Positions 1 through 9,978 of a stretch of DNA of 45,158 nucleotides are shown piece by piece. Position 1 is the first letter of the stretch. Each line of letters begins with the position of its first letter. The DNA is taken from contig NC_069007.1 of assembly GCF_001194135.2 (NCBI RefSeq), positions 21,782,914-21,828,071 on the forward strand, given 5' to 3'. A model generated the notes under the pieces. It was not told where the DNA came from. It saw only the letters and a program-made list of their open reading frames with translations, and searched no databases. The DNA comes from Octopus bimaculoides. Lineage: Eukaryota. A program made the translations under genes and the position numbers.

Positions 1-140
1 GAATCGAAGAGAGAGATGTGCCGCGGCGGTTTGGTGTACATAGTAAGTCGTGTTGACGCTGGTGGTGTAGAGGCTGCTTGGTAGTAATCGTGTTGGTCAT
101 GACGATGATGCTGGATAGTAGTCGTAGACTCATGTATATA

Positions 141-480
141 GGCACAGGAATGGCTGTGTGGTAAGTAGCTTGCTTACCAACCACATGGTTCCGGGTTCAG
201 TCCCACTGCGTGGCATCTTGGGCAAGTGTCTTCTACTATAGCCTCGGGCCGACCAAAGCCTTGTGAGTGGATTTGGTAGACGAGACGGAAACTGAAAAGA
301 AGCCCGTTGTATATATGTATATATATGTATGTATGTATATGTGTGTTCGTGTGTCGCTTGACAACCGATGCTGGTGTGTTTACGTCCCCGTAACTTAGCG
401 GTTCGGCAAAAAAGACCGATAAAATAAGTACTAGGCTTACAAAGAATAAGTCCTGGGGTTGATTTGCTCGACTGAAACGG
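141..480 (+). mobile_element. tRNA-derived SINE, family A (near full length; CORE-SINE-like)
   Basis: A-box-like tggctgtgtgg and B-box-like ggttcagtccc, then cttgggcaagtg (resembles the CORE start) and an internal (TA/TG)n; related copies at 2233, 4165, 16450, 24480. Confidence 0.85.
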
Positions 481-1042
481 ACTGAAGCCGTACACAAATA
501 CTGAACTATTATCTATAATGTAAACAAAAAGTTTGCAAATCGATTTCAAGTCTGAAAAGACAAATTGCAGCACACAAGTACCATCTCCCACAAAATCTAA
601 TTCGCTCAATATGAAGGAAGTTACAACTTTCGCCTGTCACCTATGCATAAAACCATGCAGATATGCTTTGGGACTAAATAATCAGCCGAGAAGTCATGGA
701 TGGACCGACACAAATGTCAATGACAACAAAGAAGCACAGAGATGGCAATCATGTATAGAGATAGACCAAATCACCATGTGTGTGTGTGGGTGTGACTAAC
801 TTGTAACACACATAAAACCTGTTTAGCTGATCTTCAAATCATTGTTGCCTTCAAGTTGTTTACATTGCCGCGTCGAAATCTGTGTGTGTGTGGTCTGTGG
901 ATCATACATGTGAAAAAGAAACCCACTCCAAAGGCTAGAAGCAATAATTTATTTACTTGCATTTAAATATATGTCAGGTTATAGAGTGACTAATAGTTTC
1001 GCATCCTTTAAGTGTTTGGCATTATAAGACTACGTCAGACTG

Positions 1043-1085
<43 letters not shown>

Positions 1086-1198
1086 GATAAAACTTACTTG
1101 GAAAAGAATGCGTAGCCTTCGATCATATAAAAATATATAAATATATGCATAAATACATACATATATGTATGTATATAAGCTTATATTTATATATTATT

Positions 1199-1235
<37 letters not shown>

Positions 1236-1859
1236 CATAGACATACACAGGGTTTCGTCTGAAGACATAGACACACTGAATAGATTTGTCCCGGAGCCTG
1301 TGTAGAGATCTCTGTGTGTGTGTGTGTGTGTGTGTACGAGTGGGTGGACAAACGAAAGAATAGGGAACTGAAATATTTAGCAGGGATTACATGTATTAAT
1401 TAAAACGATTTTAATCGGGTTTCTCAGCCCTCTATACTGGTGTCTGTCACTTCCTGAAATGTACAGAGTACAGTTAAAGACCTGCGAAACTTTAAGTAAC
1501 GCGAATGAACCCGCATCAAAAGTGTGTTTTAAATAGTATAAATATATATAAACATATATAAACATATATAAAATGTATACGTGGGTATAATTCTGTGTGA
1601 ATATGGATGGATGTTGTTAATTCTCGGAAAGAGGAAGTAGCTATGGCATGTATATTATACGTATATATAAACATATCAATCAGACAAGCAAAGACGGGTA
1701 AAAGCTCGACGAAGTAATTAAAATTATTATATCTTTTATAATTGAATGTTTTGCAAATGAAGATGTTTACTTACAAACAAAAGTCCAAGAAATTACTCCA
1801 TGCACTTCAGATGATCCTTGAAGTTTAAAAAGTTACTTGCATAACATAGGAAAGATATG

Positions 1860-1892
1860 TGACGTCATGAGCGAGCCTAAAGCTGATTGGTC
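1860..1892. promoter_or_regulatory. CRE palindrome plus NF-Y CCAAT box (candidate promoter module)
   Basis: TGACGTCA at 1860-1867 and CTGATTGGTC at 1883-1892, followed by a long (CT)n tract. Confidence 0.45.
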
Positions 1893-1967
1893 AAAGCAGA
1901 GAACCTGCTTCTTAATTTAATTTTTTTACAAAGCCATTCTTTGTCAGCCGTTTTAATTGTAAACTGC

Positions 1968-1968
<1 letters not shown>

Positions 1969-2033
<65 letters not shown>
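1969..2033. repeat. (CT)n microsatellite
   Basis: direct inspection. Confidence 0.95.
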
Positions 2034-2035
<2 letters not shown>

Positions 2036-2232
2036 TGTGACTTCGATTTCCTCGTGTTATTCATAGGAAAGGAGTCTTTGGCATGTTCACTCAAATTGCT
2101 GGAGATAATAGCCAAACGTCGTTTTAAATCACGCCATACCCAATATGTTTGGCCCAGGGAGCTCTCAAAATTTAAATTTTAATAAGGTCTTCNNNNNNNN
2201 NNNNNNNNNNNNNNNNNNNNNNNNNNNNNNNN

Positions 2233-2503
2233 ACACACCAACATCGGTTGTCAAGCGATGTTGAGGAGGGGGGGAACAAACACAGACACACAAACATATA
2301 CACACACATACACATATATATATATATATGTACATATATATGACGGGCTTCTTTCAGTTTCTGTCTACCAAATCCACTCACAAGGCTTTGGTCAGCCCAA
2401 GGCTATAGTAGAAGACACTTGCCCAAGGTGCCAAGCAGTGGGAATGAACCCGGAACCATGTGGTTGGTAAACAAGCTATTTCCCACACAGCCACTCCTGT
2501 GCC
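2233..2503 (-). mobile_element. SINE family A copy (3' part lost in gap)
   Basis: closely matches the reverse complement of the 141-480 copy (gaagacacttgcccaagg, aacccggaaccatgtggttgg, cacacagccactcctgtgcc). Confidence 0.85.
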
Positions 2504-2669
2504 TACACACACACACACACACACATATATAGCTTTTTGTTATAGTTAATACCTAACTGGACTCACATATCTTTCTTTCTCATAAGGATAAATATGAATC
2601 TCCTGGATTCTATTCTGCTATTTCCTTTCTCAAGTCCTTTGTAAAACATTTATATATATATATATATTT

Positions 2670-3005
2670 ATCATCATCATCATCATCATTTAACGTCCAC
2701 TTTCCATGCTAGCATGGGTTGGACGATTTGACTGAGGACTGGCAAACCAGATGGCTCCACCAGGCTCCAATCTGATCGGGCAGAATTTCTACAGCTGGAT
2801 GCCCTTCCTAACGTCAACCACTCTAAGAGTGTAGTGGGTGCTTTTACGTGCCACCGGCACAAAGGACAGTCTGGCGGTACTGGCAATGGCTATGCTCAAA
2901 AAGGTGCTTTTTACGTGCCACCTGCACAGGAGTCAGACAGCTGCTCTGGCAATGAACATGCTCGGATGGTGCTGCTAGCGCTCCACCGGCACAGGTGCCA
3001 GTCAT
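2670..3005 (-). mobile_element. SINE-like family C with (GAT)n tail and internal ~65 bp tandem units
   Basis: (cat)n followed by ttaacgtccactttccatgctagcatgggttggacg...ctggatgcccttcct; matches 3853-3963 (inverted) and 35360-35632. Confidence 0.8.
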
Positions 3006-3852
3006 CGAATTTGGTTCAATTTCGATTTCACTTTCGATTTATATAGATATATATATATAATTAATCCCACCCTCCCAAAAAAACAAAGAAAAAACACAAG
3101 AAAAAACAACACCGTGAGGATGTGGTACATACAAAGTATTAACAGACATTCAGGGAAAGAAAGAAAGGCAGTTTTACATTTTGAACAAAGCTCTTCTTCC
3201 AAAAACAGAGAAAAGTGCTATAAAAAGGAAGATAGAGAAGAAAAATCACTAACATCCACATGTAGTTACATTTTGATATATATATATATATATANNNNNN
3301 NNNNNNNNNNNNNNNNNNNNNNNNNNNNNNNNNNNNNNNNNNNNNNNNNNNNNNNNNNNNNNNNNNNNNNNNNNNNNNNNNNNNNNNNNNNNNNNNNNNN
3401 NNNNNNNNNNNNNNNNNNNNNNNNNNNNNNNNNNNNNNNNNNNNNNNNNNNNNNNNNNNNNNNNNNNNNNNNNNNNNNNNNNNNNNNNNNNNNNNNNNNN
3501 NNNNNNNNNNNNNNNNNNNNNNNNNNNNNNNNNNNNNNNNNNNNNNNNNNNNNNNNNNNNNNNNNNNNNNNNNNNNNNNNNNNNNNNNNNNNNNNNNNNN
3601 NNNNNNNNNNNNNNNNNNNNNNNNNNNNNNNNNNNNNNNNNNNNNNNNNNNNNNNNNNNNNNNNNNNNNNNNNNNNNNNNNNNNNNNNNNNNNNNNNNNN
3701 NNNNNNNNNNNNNNNNNNNNNNNNNNNNNNNNNNNNNNNNNNNNNNNNNNNNNNNNNNNNNNNNNNNNNNNNNNNNNNNNNNNNNNNNNNNNNNNNNNNN
3801 NNNNNNNNNNNNNNNNNNNNNNNNNNNNNNNNNNNNNNNNNNNNNTATATTA

Positions 3853-3963
3853 ACTGGAGCCTGGTGTTGCCATCCGGTTTCACCAGTCCTCAGTCAAATC
3901 GTCCAACCCATGCTAGCATGGAAAGCGGACGTTAAACGATGATGATGATGATGATGATGATGA
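3853..3963 (+). mobile_element. Family C 3' end with (GAT)n tail
   Basis: ccagtcctcagtcaaatcgtccaacccatgctagcatggaaagcggacgttaaacgatgatgat is the reverse complement of about 2670-2770. Confidence 0.8.
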
Positions 3964-4164
3964 TACTTAGATAAGTTTTAGCCTGTATTGTCCCAGGCCA
4001 TGCACAGAAGAATAATGCTTTGTGAGGTTACTTCCTAATAAATAACATGATATTGTGATTGTAAGTGAAGCACTTTAAGTGAATTGGCCTAAATTTAAAT
4101 AAGCCTTATTGACTTGCTTAGAAGGCACAGACATGATTACGTCATAGTCATCATTTTGAGTTTA

Positions 4165-4310
4165 AAGTAACTTCCCAGTCAGATTCCTTCAGTTGCAGTT
4201 GGACTGCATGACACCTTGGGCAAGTGTGATCTACTAACAATGGCCAGGCCAAACTAAGCCTTGTGAATAGATTTGGTAGATGGAAACTGGAAGAAGTCCA
4301 TCCTATATAC
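4165..4310 (+). mobile_element. SINE family A, diverged fragment
   Basis: accttgggcaagtgt...aagccttgtgaatagatttggtagatggaaactg matches family A. Confidence 0.75.
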
Positions 4311-4334
4311 ATACATACATATATACATCCATCC

Positions 4335-4514
4335 ATACATACATACATACATACGTATATATATATACACACATACATACATACATATATATATATACAC
4401 ACATACATACATACATATATATATATACACACATACATACATACATATATATATATACACACATACATACATACATATATATATATACACACATACATAC
4501 ATACATATATATAT
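4335..4514. repeat. Perfect 30-bp compound microsatellite running into a gap
   Basis: atatatatatacacacatacatacatacat repeated about 6 times. Confidence 0.9.
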
Positions 4515-5053
4515 NNNNNNNNNNNNNNNNNNNNNNNNNNNNNNNNNNNNNNNNNNNNNNNNNNNNNNNNNNNNNNNNNNNNNNNNNNNNNNNNNNNNNN
4601 NNNNNNNNNNNNNNNNNNNNNNNNNNNNNNNNNNNNNNNNNNNNNNNNNNNNNNNNNNNNNNNNNNNNNNNNNNNNNNNNNNNNNNNNNNNNNNNNNNNN
4701 NNNNNNNNNNNNNNNNNNNNNNNNNNNNNNNNNNNNNNNNNNNNNNNNNNNNNNNNNNNNNNNNNNNNNNNNNNNNNNNNNNNNNNNNNNNNNNNNNNNN
4801 NNNNNNNNNNNNNNNNNNNNNNNNNNNNNNNNNNNNNNNNNNNNNNNNNNNNNNNNNNNNNNNNNNNNNNNNNNNNNNNNNNNNNNNNNNNNNNNNNNNN
4901 NNNNNNNNNNNNNNNNNNNNNNNNNNNNNNNNNNNNNNNNNNNNNNNNNNNNNNNNNNNNNNNNNNNNNNNNNNNNNNNNNNNNNNNNNCCCCCCCCCCC
5001 GCAAAACAAGGGAGATAAGAAAGCGCTTGATCAAGGCCGTATAACCTCCCTTA

Positions 5054-5073
5054 GATCTGGAAACTTCTCGAAG
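5054..5073. promoter_or_regulatory. Heat-shock element (HSF binding site) upstream of CHORDC1
   Basis: gGAAa cTTCt cGAAg (5059-5073) is a perfect three-unit inverted nGAAn array, plus a one-mismatch fourth unit gATCt (5054-5058); about 600 bp upstream of the ATG in a CpG-containing stretch. Confidence 0.75.
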
Positions 5074-5664
5074 TCAACATTGTGTAACGAACACATTGCA
5101 ATCGTCTTTTCCTCCTGTTTACCCCAAAAGACCGGCTCCAGACAATCACGTTTCTCACATCTTTTCCTTCCAACACACATCTTTCTCGACATACACACAC
5201 TACACTCTCTCTATCGCACGCTCTCTCACTCATTTTTGTATATGCATATGGTGTGTACATCGTCTTTCTCTTCGTATATCTTATATATACACTCCTTATA
5301 ATATATACACACATCTATTGTGTTTTATATTATATTTATATACACACACACACACACTCATTTATGTACCATATACTTTTGTCTGTTGTCTGATCCGGTA
5401 CAAGATCTCTCTCGTAAGATATATTTACATATACACACCTCTGTCTGTTTGTCTGTCTCTCCATACATACATACATACATGAACACGCTTTTTACAACCG
5501 GTATCTAACAACAATTCTCTAATCCGATCACATCCCTTGGCACGCTTATGTCCATCATTGTATCCATCCGGTTGTAGAAACCTCAACACACACCTTTCTG
5601 TTTCTCGCTTACAAACACACACACACATCTATATATATATTTATACATATATACACAGTTGACA

Positions 5665-5725
5665 ATGCCGAAATGTTATAACAGGACATGTGGCCAGGAT
5701 TTCGATCCTGCTTCTAATTCTGATG
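5665..5725 (+). CDS. CHORDC1: CHORDC1 coding exon 1 (MPKCYNRTCGQDFDPASNSD), start of CHORD-I
   Basis: ATG at 5665; CYNRxCGQxFDP matches the CHORD N-terminus (human MALLCYNRGCGQRFDP); donor G|gtaag at 5726 (phase 1); cag acceptor at 5656-5658 implies an upstream non-coding exon. Confidence 0.95.
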
Positions 5726-5764
5726 GTAAGTTTATTATTCCCGTCTCTGTTTCTATGCGTTTGT

Positions 5765-5812
5765 GTGAGTGCTCTAGCATGGCCACAGCCTTAGAGTTGA
5801 AACGTATAAAAG
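5765..5812 (+). mobile_element. Probable SINE 3' tail fragment in CHORDC1 intron 1
   Basis: gtgctctagcatggccacag...gaaacgtataaaaga; reverse-oriented relatives at about 28350-28405 and 34610-34655. Confidence 0.5.
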
Positions 5813-7010
5813 ACTATTGTGTATATGTGTGTGTGTGTGCGTGTTTATATAAACGTGTATATATATGTTTATATATATATATATATATAATGTACGTGTA
5901 CATAGTGTGTTTCTATATACGTGTGTGTGTATATATATATGTTTATATACATGTGTGTATATGTCTATATGTGTCTATACATATGTAAATACGTGTGTAT
6001 ATGTCTAATTATGTATGCCTATAGCGTTTATATTTATACACACACGTTCTACCCTACCGTAAGTCTTCGTTTCATCGATGCCTAAACCGTCTTTCGGTTA
6101 GAAAGATGCTTCTTATGTGTTAAGGGGACAGCTGTTCCAAGCCCCCCCCCCCCTCATATATATCACACTAGCANNNNNNNNNNCAACGTACTTGGTGTTG
6201 CTGAGAAAACAGCCGAATTCTGAGTCCTTAAATTGGAAAAGGTCTGTGCTCTCCCACCCTGGCAGTTTAGTCTGACGTAACCGATCCGGGTCTGCTAACC
6301 AGGCCGGTAGAACTGTGAAAGTAACGAACTATATGCAGGGGAGAAAACCCTAGCTTAGAGACCGTACGTGTAAACAAGGCTTTGGTAACCCTTTTCGAGT
6401 AGCGAGTCGCATGAAACTTGGCTTATATCAAACCAGCCGCATTACTAAAAATTTTCAAAGTAATTTTTCGTTAGACCTACCATTTAAGAAGTTCCGCTGG
6501 CCGCATGTTGCTCGTTACTGCTGTAACCTGTCGGTTTGTACCGGTAAGCTTGCTTGGAGTACACTGTAGAGGAATTAACATCGGTACTATGAAAGTTTGT
6601 CATCCGGTTTGTTAAATAACGATGAGAACCTCAGTCACGGTATATTCTAGAAATGTTTTAATATGAACTCTTGCTGTACTTCAGTTTCATTAAGGCACCT
6701 TGACGTTAGTGATATTCCAGCAAATTTGCCTTTAACTCTTTGTCTCTTCTGTGTGCTACATGTGATACATGGTACATATTTCTTTGAATGGTCAACTTGT
6801 TGGCCAGTGCCAGCTCAACCCATCTGGGATAAGTGCCACTGAAAGTACAAGTCCATAAATTTAACAGGGTTAATAAAAAAGGGACAACTTGTCTTTGTCT
6901 GACCAGTAGACTTGGTCACACTTTTGTTTTTTCTCTCTCTTTGGTCTAACTTTTGTCCTCCATGTAAGCCTGGCCTAACTCAGTTCTAATTATCCCTGTC
7001 TCGCCAACAG

Positions 7011-7117
7011 ATGCCTGTCTCTATCATCCTGGTGAACCAATATTCCATGAAGGGATTAAGAAATGGTCCTGTTGTAACAAGTCAAGTGTGGATTTCACCG
7101 TTTTCCTTGACTTCCCA
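7011..7117 (+). CDS. CHORDC1: CHORDC1 coding exon 2 (DACLYHPGEPIFHEGIKKWSCCNKSSVDFTVFLDFP)
   Basis: caacag acceptor, gtaagt donor; 107 nt, phase 1 to 0; CxYHPGxPxFHxxxKxWSCC CHORD signature. Confidence 0.97.
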
Positions 7118-7236
7118 GTAAGTTTACATTTATTCTCTTTTCTTTCATTTAGTGATTGATTGATTGATTAGCTAAAATAATATTTATTTCATCATAATTT
7201 TGGTTTTTTTTAATAATTCAATATGATATGTTTTAG

Positions 7237-7308
7237 GGATGCACCAGAGGCAGACACAACTCGACCCCTCTCCCGAAACCAGAAACACCTAAAATTGAGG
7301 AGAAAGAA
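7237..7308 (+). CDS. CHORDC1: CHORDC1 coding exon 3 (GCTRGRHNSTPLPKPETPKIEEKE)
   Basis: ttttag acceptor, gtaagt donor; 72 nt, phase 0 to 0; GCxxGxH completes the CHORD-I zinc ligands. Confidence 0.95.
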
Positions 7309-7384
7309 GTAAGTTTATATCTTTTTATCATTTTAATTTCATATTATTTTGTGGTAGGGACTTAATGACTTAACTGTATGTGAT

Positions 7385-7560
7385 TGGCTGGGAAAAATGA
7401 GTAGCACTTGTCTTTCAAAGGGCCAGCCTTGATACATTCTGTGTCACGCTGAATCTCCCTGAGAACTATGTTAAGGGTTACATGTGTCTGTGGAATGCTC
7501 AGCCACTTGCATGTTAATTTCATGAGCAGGCTGTTCCATTAATTGAATCGACAGAGTGCC
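7385..7560 (+). mobile_element. Probable SINE body/tail (family H) in CHORDC1 intron 3
   Basis: intronic segment (gggccagccttg...gctgaatctccctgagaact...ctcagccacttgca) resembling an abundant octopus SINE tail as I recall it; only one copy in the window. Confidence 0.45.
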
Positions 7561-7654
7561 ATGCTGTATTGATTAGACATTGACTCTAAATGGTAAAGAT
7601 GAGAGAAATGTTTGAAATGGTAATGATAACAACGTTGTGTTTGCTCGTCTTCAG

Positions 7655-7799
7655 GTTACCATCCCAAAGAGCATTGTTCCAGTAGAACGGCCTTCTCTAG
7701 ATGAACCCACCATACCGTTAAAGATGATTGTCAGAGACAGTTTGAACCAATGTCTGCAGAAGAGAATGGAAGAACTCAATTTACAGCAAAATGAAACTG
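7655..7799 (+). CDS. CHORDC1: CHORDC1 coding exon 4 (VTIPKSIVPVERPSLDEPTIPLKMIVRDSLNQCLQKRMEELNLQQNET), inter-CHORD linker
   Basis: ttcag acceptor, gtgag donor at 7800; 145 nt, phase 0 to 1; ERPSxDEP..L...V..SL resembles the CHORDC1 linker (human [20 protein letters not shown]). Confidence 0.92.
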
Positions 7800-7914
7800 G
7801 TGAGATTCTTCTCTTTGGAACTGCTTTTTGTTTTTCCTGTTTATGAAGCTCTTAAGAACTGATATTCTTGCTTATGGCACAGACTACGAGACTCTTATAC
7901 GATAGTAATCTCAT

Positions 7915-8002
7915 AAATTCTGTCGCGGCCGACTTTGCCTTTCATCCCTTTGGGGTTGATAAAATATGCACCAGTTAATTACTGGGGGTTGATTGTAATT
8001 GA
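7915..8002 (+). mobile_element. SINE family B fragment in CHORDC1 intron 4 (sense to the gene)
   Basis: aaattctgtcgcggccgactttgcctttcatccctttggggttgataaa...accagt...actgggggttgat is family B in sense orientation. Confidence 0.75.
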
Positions 8003-8273
8003 TGATGATGAAAAGTAAACAACAGCTTTGGGAGATCCCATGAACAACGAGTCATAAACACACTTGGCTACAAATCCACAATGTGATCCTTTGTCTAATC
8101 TTAGTATTTTCTCTTCTTTCTCCATGTCTGTTGTTCATTACTGCTTTAATGGGAATCCAGCAGAAATTATGTTTAGGCTGTTCCTGCCATTCCAGGGACA
8201 CAGCATGATGGGGTTAAGTCACACTTTTATGGCAATATCTGAGTAATTTCTCTTGTGTTTATCTTTCCATGAG

Positions 8274-8329
8274 ACGAGACTTCTGAGATTGTTGTCGGAA
8301 CTCCTTGTGCCAATGCCTGCTGTGGGAAG
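8274..8329 (+). CDS. CHORDC1: CHORDC1 coding exon 5 (DETSEIVVGTPCANACCGK), start of CHORD-II
   Basis: EIxxGTxCxNxxCxK motif; gtaag donor at 8330; 56 nt, phase 1 to 0; the acceptor is an unusual tGAG (8271-8273), so the exact 5' boundary is less certain. Confidence 0.88.
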
Positions 8330-8887
8330 GTAAGAACGTGCAACCCTCTCTCTTTCTGCTACATTCTATATAACTCGATTGCCATACTCCACTCCAAATC
8401 TGAATTTTCTGCCACACTCCACTCCACATGACTTCACCGTCACACCTCACCACAACCCACACACACGAAAGACCTACAAAGAAACCTTTCTGACTTCACT
8501 GCTAGAAATGGCAGCCAAATTTTCCATTTTAAAGAAAGAGGGAAGAACACTTAACTAATATAGTTCTACATATCCTTAAAAGGACAAATAGTTGTGGTTG
8601 GAATGCTTTTGATTCAAGGGCTTAATAATGGTTGACCTGGGGCTAAATAACAGCAATAGCCCACACAGCATCTCACTGCCACTCTACACCCTCACACACT
8701 TGTCCTCCTCACTGCCCCCACACTGCAGGCCTATACATCTCTTCTCTAATACGCCACCCTACATATATCTCCTCACTACTATGTTACAACTCTCCTGTAA
8801 CCATACATACACCTACTCTTATAGCATACCGATTCTTACAGAGTCTCAGATACATTGTCACAACATTTCCTATTTCCTGTTTCTCAG

Positions 8888-8958
8888 GTTTATGAGGGGG
8901 AAAGTTCCAATAAGGAGAACTGTAAATACCATTCTGGGACTGCTGTATTCCATGAAGG
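8888..8958 (+). CDS. CHORDC1: CHORDC1 coding exon 6 (VYEGESSNKENCKYHSGTAVFHEG)
   Basis: ttctcag acceptor, gtaagt donor; 71 nt, phase 0 to 2; CxYHSGxxxFHEG. Confidence 0.96.
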
Positions 8959-9402
8959 GTAAGTTTACAGTTGGCTTTTTCTTATTTTTTTCTTTTTTCT
9001 TCTTTTTTTGGGGGGTTGGGGTTGAGATCAATGTTAAAAAAAGTTCTGTAATTCTTCTGCAATTGGTAGACTCTCCAAATTTGTGACTCCTTGCCCAAGT
9101 TCTTTAATTCTCCCTTCCAGTGACTAATGAAGTTTGATCATTGCTTCAGCTGACTTTGAACTGCTCTGTGTTGATGTAAGTTTTGCATTCAAAGAACTGA
9201 TATTTCATTGTAGCAACATCATCATCGTAAGTGGTTACAGCCCTACTGATTGGGCCATAAAGAGTACACATATACACATGCATGAATGCACATGCGCACA
9301 TATACACAGATCCACATGCATGAATGCATATGCGTGTGTGCATTCTCTTTGAGAACTGAATCTTATGTCTATTGTGTTTTTTTTTCCTTTCTTTTTTTTA
9401 AG

Positions 9403-9505
9403 AATGAAATATTGGTCCTGCTGTGAAATTAAAACAACAGATTTCTCATCTTTCCTCAACCAACCAGGATGCAAAACTGGCAAACATTTGTGGAAGAAGA
9501 AAACG
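9403..9505 (+). CDS. CHORDC1: CHORDC1 coding exon 7 ([34 protein letters not shown])
   Basis: long T-tract plus aag acceptor, gtcagt donor; 103 nt, phase 2 to 0; MKYWSCC...DF..FL.Q.GC..GKH.W completes CHORD-II. Confidence 0.96.
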
Positions 9506-9978
9506 GTCAGTACTAACCAGCCTTTGTGTGTGTGTGTGCGTGTGCGTGTCTTTCATGAAGAAAAAGTGTTGTTGTTGTGGTGGTGTGGAGTGCTGTAGGT
9601 CTGTCCCACATGTCCTCACCCTGATTTTGTGAACCAGTTTTTATTTCCACCATCATTGCTGCCATTATAATCACCACCACTCATCATCATCATCATCATC
9701 ATCTTCACTGTCACTACCATCACCCTCATCATCATCATCATCATCATCTATTGTTTAATTGTCAAAATTGTCGGGGCTGCGTCCATGGTCTTTGCAAGCC
9801 CTCAGAGACTGTTGAAATGGATGTGAAGTGATGATGATAATGACAGGGCTTAACGACTACAGAGATAATTGGTTCCACCCCCTCCCCCCGGGCCCTCACT
9901 ATTATCTTGAGATCCTCATCTTTGGTACGTTATGGTATACCAATCAATAAATCTGTTATTTCTTCTTCTCTGTTGTAG

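Noticed and set aside
130-609. 159-aa and 107-aa minus-strand ORFs, and similar ORFs at 2258-2470, 2834-3046 and 35325-35540
   Set aside because: They lie within SINE families A and C, and the same peptides recur wherever the SINE recurs.
4151-4514. YIYTHIHT/MYVCIYIY repeat proteins; also 5659-5988 beyond codon 22, 29461-29873, 36341-37030, 43425-43819
   Set aside because: Translations of (TA)/(CA) microsatellites. Only the first about 20 codons from the ATG in 5659-5988 are real (CHORDC1 exon 1).
5489-5580. Inverted repeat tacaaccgg / ccggttgta in the putative 5' UTR region
   Set aside because: Only 9 perfect bp with a 66-nt unpaired loop; plausible by chance in 45 kb.
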